Source of the DNA: Oscillospiraceae bacterium
GTDB taxonomy: Bacteria; Bacillota; Clostridia; Oscillospirales; Ruminococcaceae
NCBI GenBank assembly: GCA_045636625.1
Contig: JAZTXW010000048.1
Location: 1 to 60,480 of the forward strand
Length of the DNA: 60,480 nucleotides
Direction: 5' to 3'
Positions 9,779-18,572 of the stretch are shown piece by piece. The position numbers and the translations under genes were made by a program. Position 1 is the stretch's first letter; each line of letters starts with the position of its first letter. The notes beneath the pieces are model-generated. The model saw nothing but the letters and a program-made list of their open reading frames with translations. It was not told the origin of the DNA and searched no databases.

Positions 9779-10302
9779 TATTCCGAAAATTCCTCAATTC
9801 CTTCCATGCTTCCGTTTATCTCGGAAACGAGCGCAAGCGCAAAATCTTCCGCAAAAGCCGGACCGCTTGCGGTAATAAGTTTTCCGTCGATTTCAAGTTT
9901 TCCGGCGGTATAGATACCCTCCTCAACTTCAAAACCCGGGAAACATGTGTATCTTTTTCCGGTAAGCGCTCCCGTTCCGGAAAGTACGAAACCGGGCGAA
10001 GCACAGATTGCACCGATGATGATATCATTATGAAGCGCAAATGTTATGGCATTGTTAACGGTTTCTGAATTTTTAAGATTTTTTGCACCGGGCCATCCTC
10101 CCGGAAAAACAAAAGCCTCCGCTTCTTCAAAAACGACCTCTTTTTCCTGAATATCCGCGGTCACCGTAAGGCCATGAGCGCTTTTTACTGTTTTTCCATC
10201 GATTCCGACAGTTACAACATCAATCCCGGCTCTTTTCATAAGGTCGAACGGAACCACCGCTTCCATATCCTCAAAACCGTTTGCAAGGAAAAGATATACC
10301 AT
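9778..10302 (-). CDS. DJ-1/PfpI (ThiJ) family protein
   Basis: 174 aa. Nucleophile-elbow region IIGAICASPG. RBS AAGGAGG. Confidence 0.85.
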   Translation of the reverse strand: MVYLFLANGFEDMEAVVPFDLMKRAGIDVVTVGIDGKTVKSAHGLTVTADIQEKEVVFEEAEAFVFPGGWPGAKNLKNSETVNNAITFALHNDIIIGAICASPGFVLSGTGALTGKRYTCFPGFEVEEGIYTAGKLEIDGKLITASGPAFAEDFALALVSEINGSMEGIEEFSE

Positions 10303-10314
10303 AAAGGTGCCTCC

Positions 10315-11070
10315 TTATTTTACAATAAGCTCTGTTCTCGGTTTTCCGCAAGTCATTTTTCCTTCGGAACATCTTCCTCCGGAAACGCAAGCAGGACCCG
10401 CATGGGCAAAGAGAGAAGGTGCTTCCTCTCTGCAAAGGCGGAGCATTTCATCCGCAACGGCGCGTATCTCCCACTGTGCGCGGTTGCAGCAGCGAAGGCG
10501 GAAAAGATTATGAAGGCTTCTGACGTTCATAGTAACGATCATTTTTGTATCACATGCATTCGGAAGAACAAAACGCGCATCTTCGATTGCCTTTTTCTCC
10601 GCAAGTTTCCATGCTTCCTCTTCGGATTTTCCTTCGGCAACAAATTCGTCCGCCGCTTTTTTACGAAGGATCTCCGTGAGTTTATGGTAACTTTCGGAAC
10701 AAAGATCCATAATTCTATTATATTCCTCCAAAGCTTCTTCATTCTCACCTATTGCGGGAGGAACGATAAAATCAAAATGACCTTCTTTATTAACGTATCG
10801 CTGGCTCTGTACACTGAAAGAAGCGATTCTGTGGCGGGTTATCTGGGCAAGAAACGCGCGGGAAACTCCTTCGATAGTAAAAGTAAAAGTCACGTGTTCA
10901 AGAGGGCTTTCGTGGCCGAGGCGTTCAAGCATTGCAACATAATCGGAAGCTTTTTCATCCGTCATGCCGTCAAAAAGTTCGTCCGCACCGGAATTGCTGT
11001 AACAAAGTCTTGCTGCTGCAGCGATTGTTTTTTCAGGATTTGGTGTATGGCAAAGAAGATTGACTTTCAT
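10315..11070 (-). CDS. thyX: FAD-dependent thymidylate synthase ThyX
   Basis: 251 aa with the ThyX signature RHRIASFSVQSQRY. Confidence 0.93.
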   Translation of the reverse strand: MKVNLLCHTPNPEKTIAAAARLCYSNSGADELFDGMTDEKASDYVAMLERLGHESPLEHVTFTFTIEGVSRAFLAQITRHRIASFSVQSQRYVNKEGHFDFIVPPAIGENEEALEEYNRIMDLCSESYHKLTEILRKKAADEFVAEGKSEEEAWKLAEKKAIEDARFVLPNACDTKMIVTMNVRSLHNLFRLRCCNRAQWEIRAVADEMLRLCREEAPSLFAHAGPACVSGGRCSEGKMTCGKPRTELIVK

Positions 11071-11139
11071 GACGGTGCCTCCTTTTATTTATGCATAGAT
11101 ATAATTTATTATATAACACTTCGGTTATATTGGCAAGTA

Positions 11140-11178
11140 AAAAAATAAAGCCGCACAGATGTGCGGCTTTATTTTTTT
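11140..11178 (-). terminator. Intrinsic terminator after the lipoprotein gene
   Basis: Hairpin AAAGCCGCAC-AGAT-GTGCGGCTTT with flanking A/T runs. Confidence 0.8.
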
Positions 11179-11183
11179 ACTAA

Positions 11184-11921
11184 TTATTTTACGGTAACAG
11201 TAAATCCAAGGGTTTCAACATGCATTCCCTCTTCATCAAGGAACATTACGGAAATAGTGGAGGTGCCTTCGCCGATTGCTTCGAGCACGAAAGTTCCGTC
11301 CTGAACTCTTGCTCTCTGTTCTGCGGAAACAACACTTACGTTATCATAGAGAAGAACTGCGATAGCTGCTTCGTCGCCAAGAGCAACAGGAATTTCAATA
11401 GTATCTCCTACAAGATATACGGTAGGCATTTCAGAAATGTTGCCGTCATAACCATAATTTCCGATGGTGAATTCCCAATCGCCTTCAAGGAAATCGCCTA
11501 CAAAACCTTTTACATCATCAACATAGAAGAATTTTTCATCCATGGATACGGAATAGGTTTCGCCCATTTCAAAAACTTCGCCTTCGGGAAGCATGATGAT
11601 AAGCTGGGCATATGCGGGATTGGTTCCGCTGTTGAGGAAAATATAATCACCGTCCATGCGGGCATCATATTTGAAAATTTCTTTTCCGTCAGAAACTCTT
11701 GTAACGGAGATTTCTCCGGTTCCGAGTTCAACGTTGGGGGTGTTCATAACAATCTGGAGAGCGGTAAGACCGGAAGCAAAGGTCTGTCCTTCATCACTTA
11801 CGGGATAGAACTTGACTTCAAAGCTTTCCTCATCAACATATGTAGGATCGGGTCTTGCACATCCGGTTACGGAAAGCATAATAAGCATAAGGCCGAGAAT
11901 TACGGCAAGCATTTTTTTCAT
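11184..11921 (-). CDS. Hypothetical lipoprotein, beta-rich / Ig-like
   Basis: Signal peptide plus lipobox MKKMLAVILGLMLIMLSVTGC. I chose the start at MKK; the track ORF begins 8 codons earlier. Confidence 0.6.
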   Translation of the reverse strand: MKKMLAVILGLMLIMLSVTGCARPDPTYVDEESFEVKFYPVSDEGQTFASGLTALQIVMNTPNVELGTGEISVTRVSDGKEIFKYDARMDGDYIFLNSGTNPAYAQLIIMLPEGEVFEMGETYSVSMDEKFFYVDDVKGFVGDFLEGDWEFTIGNYGYDGNISEMPTVYLVGDTIEIPVALGDEAAIAVLLYDNVSVVSAEQRARVQDGTFVLEAIGEGTSTISVMFLDEEGMHVETLGFTVTVK

Positions 11922-12119
11922 ATCGATAAAACATCCTTTCTGCATAACTGATAAGTATTATAATATAAAACCCTTAAAAAAGCAAACCATTTTTATCTTT
12001 ACAGTAAAAAATTGGTTTTTTGTTCACAAATTACCAAAACTTTATATTCAAAAGTATAATACTTTCAAATAGGTCAAGTGCTTTTTCTTGACATATTCTT
12101 CTTTTTGGATTAGGATTAT

Positions 12120-12734
12120 ATGCAGAATTTTTTTGAACTGGAGGCAGATCTTTTGTTCAGCGAATACAGCGCCCTTGGAATCGTTCATAAAATACTTAAG
12201 ATGCACATAAGACCCGGCGATTTTTGCATCGACGCAACTTCCGGAAACGGACACGATTCCGTTTATCTTTGCGAACTTTGCGGAAAAGACGGACATGTTC
12301 TTGCAATGGATATTCAGCCAGAAGCAGTTGAATCCACTAAGTCAAACCTTGCGGAACACGGCTTTTCTGAAATGAGCGAAGTTTTTTGCACAAGCCACAG
12401 CGAGATAGATAAATACGCCGAGCCGAACACCGCGGACTGCATCGTGTTCAATTTTGGCTGGCTTCCCGGCGGAAGCCACGACGTTTTCACTCGTGCGGAA
12501 ACAAGCATCCCCGCAATTCAAAAATCCCTTGAGATACTTAAACCCGGCGGTCTTCTTTCCCTTTGTGTCTATTACGGACGCAACAACGGTTATTCCGAAC
12601 GCGACGCGATCCTTGAATTTGTAAAATCTCTTCCCGGCGCACAATATAATGTTATGAAATGTGATTTTCTCAACAGACCGAATGACCCGCCTTTCCCGAT
12701 TTTCATTGTTAAGGATAAAGAATATTTTAAATAA
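12120..12734 (+). CDS. mnmM: Class I SAM-dependent methyltransferase, YtqB/MnmM-like (PF06962-type putative RNA methylase)
   Basis: 204 aa. SAM motif CIDATSGNGHDS and GWLPGG. The symbol is tentative. Confidence 0.6.
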   Translation: MQNFFELEADLLFSEYSALGIVHKILKMHIRPGDFCIDATSGNGHDSVYLCELCGKDGHVLAMDIQPEAVESTKSNLAEHGFSEMSEVFCTSHSEIDKYAEPNTADCIVFNFGWLPGGSHDVFTRAETSIPAIQKSLEILKPGGLLSLCVYYGRNNGYSERDAILEFVKSLPGAQYNVMKCDFLNRPNDPPFPIFIVKDKEYFK

Positions 12735-12770
12735 AAAAATCCTCCGCTTTGCGGAGGATTTTTTTATTTT
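12733..12770. terminator. Bidirectional intrinsic terminator
   Basis: Hairpin ATCCTCCGC-TTT-GCGGAGGAT flanked by A and T runs, between convergent genes. Confidence 0.85.
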
Positions 12771-12779
12771 GCTATGCAA

Positions 12780-14102
12780 TTATTTAATATCTTCATCACC
12801 GAAGGGATCTCCGCATTCCGGACAGAATTTCGGAGGATTTTTGGGATCTTCGGGTTCCCAGCCGCATTTATCGCATTTATACTGGGGAACGCCTTCGGGT
12901 TTCTTTGCTCCGCAGTTGGAGCAGAATTTACCTTTATTTACAGAACCGCAGGAACATACCCAGCCATCAGCAGGTTTCGGTGCGCCGCATTCGGTACAGA
13001 ATTTTCCGGTGTTGACAGCGCCGCATGCACATTTCCAATCGTCGGAAGGTACTGCAGGTGCCGGTGCAGGCTGAGGCTGCTGTGCTGCCTGCTGCTGGCC
13101 CATTGCGTAAAGATTCTGTGCGTTGATTCCGCCTGCGCCCTGTGCCATGTTCATTCCCATAAATGCCATGGCAGAACCTGCGCCTTCGTTTGCCGCTGCT
13201 GCCTGCATTGCTGCCGCCTGTGCGCCGACAAGATGTGCTGCTGCTCTGGTGGGATCCATGAATGCCGCATTGCGTTGCATTTCTTTGATCATCTTTTCGT
13301 CTTCTTCGTCCGCTTTTACGGAAGATACACCGAAGGAAACGATTTCGATTCCGCGAAGTCCGCGCCATTTTTCCGAAAGGACTTCGTTAAGTGCATCTGC
13401 CATTTCGGTGGTGCAGCCGGGAAGTGCGGAATAGCGGATTCCCATTGCGGAAATTTTTGCAAATGCCGGCTGAAGAGCGGTGAGAAGCTCGGATTTAAGC
13501 TGGCTGTCAAGTTCGCTTCTGTTATACTGATATGCTACGTTTCCGCAGACGTTTGTATAAAAAAGGATCGGGTCGGAAAGACGATAGCTGTATTCGCCGA
13601 AGCAGCGGATATTGATGTCGATATCGATTCCTGCTCTTTCGTCAACAACTCTGAACGGAACGGGGTTAGGGGTTCCGTATTTATTGCCGACAAGTTCCTT
13701 GGTGTTGAAATAATAGATTCTCTGATCTTTTCCGGTATCTCCGCCGAAAGTAAAACGTTTACCGATGGTCTTGAAAGTTTCAACAATGCTCGTTCCGAGT
13801 TTTCCCGTAAAGATAGAAGGCTCGGTGGACATATCATAAGTATATTCGCCGGGTTCTGCGCAGATATCAACTACCTTGCCCTGTTCGACGATGCACATGC
13901 ATTGACCGTCCGCAACAGCTATTACAGAACCGTTTGAAATAATATTATCCTCGCCTTTGGTGTTTGAACTTCTTTTACCTGTTCTTTTTTCACCTTTTGC
14001 TGCAATAATATCAGCCGGAAGTGCTTCACAATAGAAATATTCTTTCCACTGATCTGCCAATACTCCGCCTACTGCTCCGCCTATTGCTTTAATAAGTCCC
14101 AT
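12780..14102 (-). CDS. SPFH/Band-7 'virion core protein-like' protein (YdjI-like) with Q/A-rich linker and three C-terminal zinc ribbons
   Basis: Begins MGLIKAIGGA after RBS GGAGA. The C-terminus has three CxCG-x8-10-FCxxCG repeats: CACGAVNTGKFCTECG, CSCGSVNKGKFCSNCG, CDKCG..FCPECG. Confidence 0.75.
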   Translation of the reverse strand: MGLIKAIGGAVGGVLADQWKEYFYCEALPADIIAAKGEKRTGKRSSNTKGEDNIISNGSVIAVADGQCMCIVEQGKVVDICAEPGEYTYDMSTEPSIFTGKLGTSIVETFKTIGKRFTFGGDTGKDQRIYYFNTKELVGNKYGTPNPVPFRVVDERAGIDIDINIRCFGEYSYRLSDPILFYTNVCGNVAYQYNRSELDSQLKSELLTALQPAFAKISAMGIRYSALPGCTTEMADALNEVLSEKWRGLRGIEIVSFGVSSVKADEEDEKMIKEMQRNAAFMDPTRAAAHLVGAQAAAMQAAAANEGAGSAMAFMGMNMAQGAGGINAQNLYAMGQQQAAQQPQPAPAPAVPSDDWKCACGAVNTGKFCTECGAPKPADGWVCSCGSVNKGKFCSNCGAKKPEGVPQYKCDKCGWEPEDPKNPPKFCPECGDPFGDEDIK

Positions 14103-14175
14103 GGAAAACATCTCCTTTTCTATAAAATACTATAAGATAATTATAAAGTTTTTTGATGGATTTATCAATAGTTTT

Positions 14176-14406
14176 TTATTTTCTTTCAGAAGAACCGGTA
14201 ACAAGTTTTTCTATTTCGTCAGCGGAGCGGAAAATATTCCTGTCTGTCCGGGTTATGTTAATTTCCACCCCTTCATCTTCAAGAACGGCAAGAAGTTCCA
14301 TCATTCCATAAGAATCAAGGATTCCGCTTTCAATAAGATCTATGTTTTCATCAAAAACTTTTTCGTCTTCGGAAATTTCAAAAAGGATTTTTTTAATATT
14401 GATCAA
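14176..14406 (-). CDS. D-alanyl carrier protein-like (DltC-type acyl carrier protein)
   Basis: 76 aa with the phosphopantetheine-site motif GILDSYGMMELL. It overlaps the upstream ligase gene by 4 nt. Confidence 0.8.
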   Translation of the reverse strand: MINIKKILFEISEDEKVFDENIDLIESGILDSYGMMELLAVLEDEGVEINITRTDRNIFRSADEIEKLVTGSSERK

Positions 14407-15770
14407 AGCTTCATCAGTTCCTTTCTGTCTGTTTTTCCGTTTTTGTTAAGAGGAAGAAAATCAAGGATCTTTATGCTTTTCGGAATCATATATTCGGGAA
14501 GCTTTTGGGAAAGTTTTATTCTGACTTCTTCTTCGGAAACATCTCCGCATACAAAGGCTTTTATAAGCCTTACTTCCCCTTCCGGATTTCTTTTTGCGGC
14601 AACCGCACAGTTTTCCACTCCCGGAATGGCGGAAATATTCATTTCTATATCAGAAAGTTCTATCCGGTATCCTTTATATTTGATCTGGCTGTCAGATCTT
14701 CCACGGCAATATATCTTTCCGTTTTCTATGTATCCGATATCTCCCGTTCTGAAACAGTTTTTTCCGTTTTCCCTGTAAAATCCGCCGTTTTCCCCGGAAA
14801 GATATCCTTCAGAAACGGATTTTCCTTTAAGCACAAGTTCTCCGTTTTCTGAAGTTATTTCCGCCGCGGAAGAATCAAGGATTCCGACCGGCAAAATTTC
14901 CTCGACATCAAGCATTTCTCTTGTTATTTCAATTGCGCATACTGCAGAAGCCGCTTCTGTAGGTCCGTATGCGTTTATTATTTTTATATCGGGAAATCTT
15001 TTTAAAATTGCGGAAACAAGGGATTTTTGCAAAGTTTCTCCGCAAAAATAAATACATTTCAGAAAAGGATAATTTTCCTCGGAAAAATCCCCGCTCATAA
15101 GACAGATTCGCAAAAAAGTCGGGGTTGCGACCATTATACTTACTTTGTTTTCTTTTATTTCGAAAAAAAGTTTTTCATAATCCCCTGCGTTTTCAATTTG
15201 GACAAGGGTATGGCCGCAGAAAAGGGAATAATACATTGCTGCCGTGCTCAGATCAAAACTGAACGACGCATGGTTGAGCACCGATTCGTGCTCATATTCA
15301 TCAAGGGGTGAAAGTTTTGTTATCCAACCGATAAAATTATCAAGATTTTCGTAAGAAACAGGAACGCCCTTCGGTTCTCCGGTACTTCCTGAAGTGAAAA
15401 TTATATATGCGGTTTTGTTTTCCTTCTTTTCTTCTTCCTTTATTTTTATTATTTCGGCTTTTTCACCTGAACAGTCGATTATTACCGAAGCACCCGATTT
15501 TTCTATGATTTTTTCTTTTCTTTCATTCGGAAGACACATATCCACCGGGATATATGCACATTCCGAAATAACGCAGGCGATTATCGATGCCATTGTTTCT
15601 GCGTTTCGATTCCCGACGACCGCGGCGGATCTTGCTTTTAAATTTATGATTTTGGAAGAAATTTCTTTTGCTTTTTCAAAAAGTTCTTCGTATGAAAAAC
15701 TTTTTCCGCCGTATTTATAAGCGATATTATTTTTATATTTTTCCGCAATTTTTTCAATTTCAAAAATCAT
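14403..15770 (-). CDS. DltA-like adenylation enzyme (D-alanine--carrier protein ligase family)
   Basis: 455 aa with adenylation core motifs FSFDLS, TSGSTGEPKG, NAYGPTE, FRTGD, GRSDSQIKYKGYRIEL and NGKTDRK. Confidence 0.85.
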   Translation of the reverse strand: MIFEIEKIAEKYKNNIAYKYGGKSFSYEELFEKAKEISSKIINLKARSAAVVGNRNAETMASIIACVISECAYIPVDMCLPNERKEKIIEKSGASVIIDCSGEKAEIIKIKEEEKKENKTAYIIFTSGSTGEPKGVPVSYENLDNFIGWITKLSPLDEYEHESVLNHASFSFDLSTAAMYYSLFCGHTLVQIENAGDYEKLFFEIKENKVSIMVATPTFLRICLMSGDFSEENYPFLKCIYFCGETLQKSLVSAILKRFPDIKIINAYGPTEAASAVCAIEITREMLDVEEILPVGILDSSAAEITSENGELVLKGKSVSEGYLSGENGGFYRENGKNCFRTGDIGYIENGKIYCRGRSDSQIKYKGYRIELSDIEMNISAIPGVENCAVAAKRNPEGEVRLIKAFVCGDVSEEEVRIKLSQKLPEYMIPKSIKILDFLPLNKNGKTDRKELMKL

Positions 15771-16601
15771 TCAATCATCTCTAATCTGTTCGTCAGGAAT
15801 AAGGGAATAGTCATACATAACGAGGGAATGATTATCGAGTATCAGTTCCTTTTTAATTTCCGCTCCGCTTCCCTTTTCTACCACAAGGCGGTAAACCTGC
15901 GATATTCTGTAATATTTTCCGTTTTCTTTACGGAAATGGTGGTTTTCCTCAAAAAGCCGATAGCGGCACGGATAGGATTTTTCACTTCTGAGTTCGCCGC
16001 AAAGTTCTTCGCCTTCGATCCATGCCGTTATCTGAACGATCTGATCTGTTGTGTTTTTAAATCGATAGTCAACATAGTTATTCATAACGGATGTTCCCGT
16101 TCCGAAAGGCACCCTTCTTCTGTCATCCGGAAAAAGCGCGTCGGAATGATGATGGAGCTCGGTGACTTCAAGCGGACTGTTGAGAACGAGCCAATGTATC
16201 ATATTTGCCATCTGGCAAAGCCCTCCTCCTATATCTGCCCCGAGTTTTCCGCCCCTTTTTATCACAAGGCCTTCGACATATCCTTCTTTTTCTGTTGTTT
16301 TTCCAACGGTTTTCCAAAAAGAAAAAGTTTCGCCGGGTTTTATTATTATTCCGTTTATTTTTTCGGCGGCAAGGCGGATATTCGTCACCTTGTTTTCCTG
16401 AAGCGAAATATCGACCCCTTCAAGCTTCCTTACCAAAATGGAACTATGGCTTTTAACAATATTGGGAAGAAGATTTTTGCTTTTTTCCTTTGCAATTTTT
16501 TCTCCGCTGAAAAAATCCTTTATATTGCGGCGCAAAGTTTCTTTTTTAACCGAAATTTTATAGCAAGCAGGACTGATATCGCAAAAAAGTTTTCTTCCCA
16601 A
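15771..16601 (-). CDS. VanW-family protein, apparently cytoplasmic (no signal peptide or TM segment)
   Basis: 276 aa with VanW-type motifs PGETFSFW and GGGLCQ. Its stop codon directly abuts the dltA-like start. Confidence 0.8.
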   Translation of the reverse strand: MGRKLFCDISPACYKISVKKETLRRNIKDFFSGEKIAKEKSKNLLPNIVKSHSSILVRKLEGVDISLQENKVTNIRLAAEKINGIIIKPGETFSFWKTVGKTTEKEGYVEGLVIKRGGKLGADIGGGLCQMANMIHWLVLNSPLEVTELHHHSDALFPDDRRRVPFGTGTSVMNNYVDYRFKNTTDQIVQITAWIEGEELCGELRSEKSYPCRYRLFEENHHFRKENGKYYRISQVYRLVVEKGSGAEIKKELILDNHSLVMYDYSLIPDEQIRDD

Positions 16602-16710
16602 AGTTATTCCCTCTTTCTTTTACAGAAACGCTTCTGTTTCCATCATAATACTCTATATACATAAAGTGTCTTTTTTCGGTGATTTTGTTGCATGAAATAG
16701 AAAATTTTCA

Positions 16711-16750
16711 AAAAAAAATAAAAGCCGCTTTTCTGCGGCTTTTATTTTTT
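16711..16750 (-). terminator. Intrinsic terminator after the ABC exporter pair
   Basis: Hairpin AAAAGCCGC-TTTTCT-GCGGCTTTT with flanking A/T runs. Confidence 0.8.
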
Positions 16751-18572
16751 ATGAAAGTTCTATCATATTGGTATAAAGCTGATAATATTTTCCTTTCTGA
16801 GAAAGGAGATCATCGTGGTCACCGCGTTCAACAACTTTTCCCTGTTCAAGAACAAGGATTGCGTTGGAGTTTCGGACCGTTGAAAGGCGGTGCGCAATAA
16901 TAAACACCGTTCTGCCTTTCATAAGTCCGTCAAAACCTTTTTCGATAAGTTTTTCTGTTCGGGTATCAACGGAGGAAGTTGCTTCGTCGAGGATCATTAC
17001 AGGAGCTTCGGAAACCGCCGCCCTTGCAATGGCAAGAAGCTGACGCTGTCCCTGGGAAAGATTTGCGCCGTCGGAATGGAGCATTGTTTCATATCCCTGC
17101 GGAAGATGGCTTATGAAATAATGGGCATTTGCGATTTTTGCCGCTTCGATACATTCCTCATCTGTGGCGTCAAGTCTTCCGTATCTGATATTTTCCATAA
17201 CCGTTCCGGTGAAAAGGTGTGTATCCTGCAGAACAATTCCGAGCGAACGGCGAAGATCATCTTTTCTGATATCTTTTACGTTTATTCCGTCATAGATTAT
17301 TTCTCCGCCCTGGATATCATAAAAGCGGTTTATAAGATTTGTGATAGTGGTTTTTCCTGCACCGGTTGAACCGACAAAGGCGATTTTATGACCCGGTTTT
17401 GCAAAAAGAGAAAGATCATGAAGAACCGGTTTTCCTTCAACGTATGCGAAATCAACGTTATTGAAACGAACGTCGCCGCGGAGCGGAACTCTTTTTCCAT
17501 CCGGAAAGACCCAGTTATAATCGTTTTCAACTTTTTCAAGGGTAACCTTGCCTTCGTCCACCTCCGGTTCTTTGTCAAGAACCTCAAAAATTCTTTCAGC
17601 ACCCGCAAGAGCAAGCATTATTGAGTTGAACTGTTCCGAAATCTGGCTTACCCTGTCCGCAAAGGTACGGATATACTGAAGGAAAGCGATAAGGATTCCG
17701 CCGACCTGTTCACCGGTAAGCCAGAGAACACCGATCGCGCAGGTAAGCGCATAGAACATATGGGAAAGGTTGTTGAGAAGAGGACCCACAACGGAAGTTG
17801 CTATGGTTGCGGTTGTGGAAGATTTGCGCAGTTTTTCATTTATGGGTTCAAAGTTTTCCAAAACCTCTTTTTCATGTGTAAAAACTTTGATATCCCTTTG
17901 GCCGGAGATCATCTCCTCGATATATCCGTTTACGGAAGCGGCGTGTTTTTGCTGTTCACGATAGCTTTTGCTGCTTATCTTTGTGGTGACCCTTACAATA
18001 AGTATTACGATTTCCGCAAGAATGACCATTATTGAAAAAAGCCTCATGGAAAGGGCAAGCATCATTCCGATGGTTCCTATCAGGGACATTATCGAGATCA
18101 TAAGCTGGGTTATGCTGTGCTGTAAAAGTTCGTTCGTTGCCTCAATATCATTGGTGAAATAGCTCATAAGGCTTCCGTGGGTGTTGTTGTCAAAATAGCT
18201 TATGGGCAATTTCTGCATCTTTGAAAAAAGTTCGGAACGAAGCTCTCTCATAATAACCGTGCTACATTCAAGCATAAGGCGGTTAAGAAGATAGTTTGTC
18301 ACAGCGGAAAGAACGTAGAGAAACGCAAGACCGACAAGAAGCGCAATGTATTTTGCGAACATCTCGTCCCCGGAAATTCCGGTTTCTTTAAGGATGTTTA
18401 CAAGGGGCTTCATGCAGTATGAAGCGGCTATCGTTGCAACGGCATATACAAAAATCGACGCTACCGCCGCAATAAGGACCGGCGTACAATGTCGAAAATA
18501 TTTAAAAAGGCGGAAAAGCGTTTCCATCGGTGAAGAAGCGGCTTTATAGTTGCGGAGTTCAACCCTTGGCAT
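16749..18572 (-). CDS. ABC transporter ATP-binding/permease protein (type I exporter half-transporter)
   Basis: 607 aa. Six-TM domain plus NBD with Walker A GSTGAGKTT, signature LSQGQRQ and Walker B ILDEATS. Confidence 0.9.
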   Translation of the reverse strand: MPRVELRNYKAASSPMETLFRLFKYFRHCTPVLIAAVASIFVYAVATIAASYCMKPLVNILKETGISGDEMFAKYIALLVGLAFLYVLSAVTNYLLNRLMLECSTVIMRELRSELFSKMQKLPISYFDNNTHGSLMSYFTNDIEATNELLQHSITQLMISIMSLIGTIGMMLALSMRLFSIMVILAEIVILIVRVTTKISSKSYREQQKHAASVNGYIEEMISGQRDIKVFTHEKEVLENFEPINEKLRKSSTTATIATSVVGPLLNNLSHMFYALTCAIGVLWLTGEQVGGILIAFLQYIRTFADRVSQISEQFNSIMLALAGAERIFEVLDKEPEVDEGKVTLEKVENDYNWVFPDGKRVPLRGDVRFNNVDFAYVEGKPVLHDLSLFAKPGHKIAFVGSTGAGKTTITNLINRFYDIQGGEIIYDGINVKDIRKDDLRRSLGIVLQDTHLFTGTVMENIRYGRLDATDEECIEAAKIANAHYFISHLPQGYETMLHSDGANLSQGQRQLLAIARAAVSEAPVMILDEATSSVDTRTEKLIEKGFDGLMKGRTVFIIAHRLSTVRNSNAILVLEQGKVVERGDHDDLLSQKGKYYQLYTNMIELS

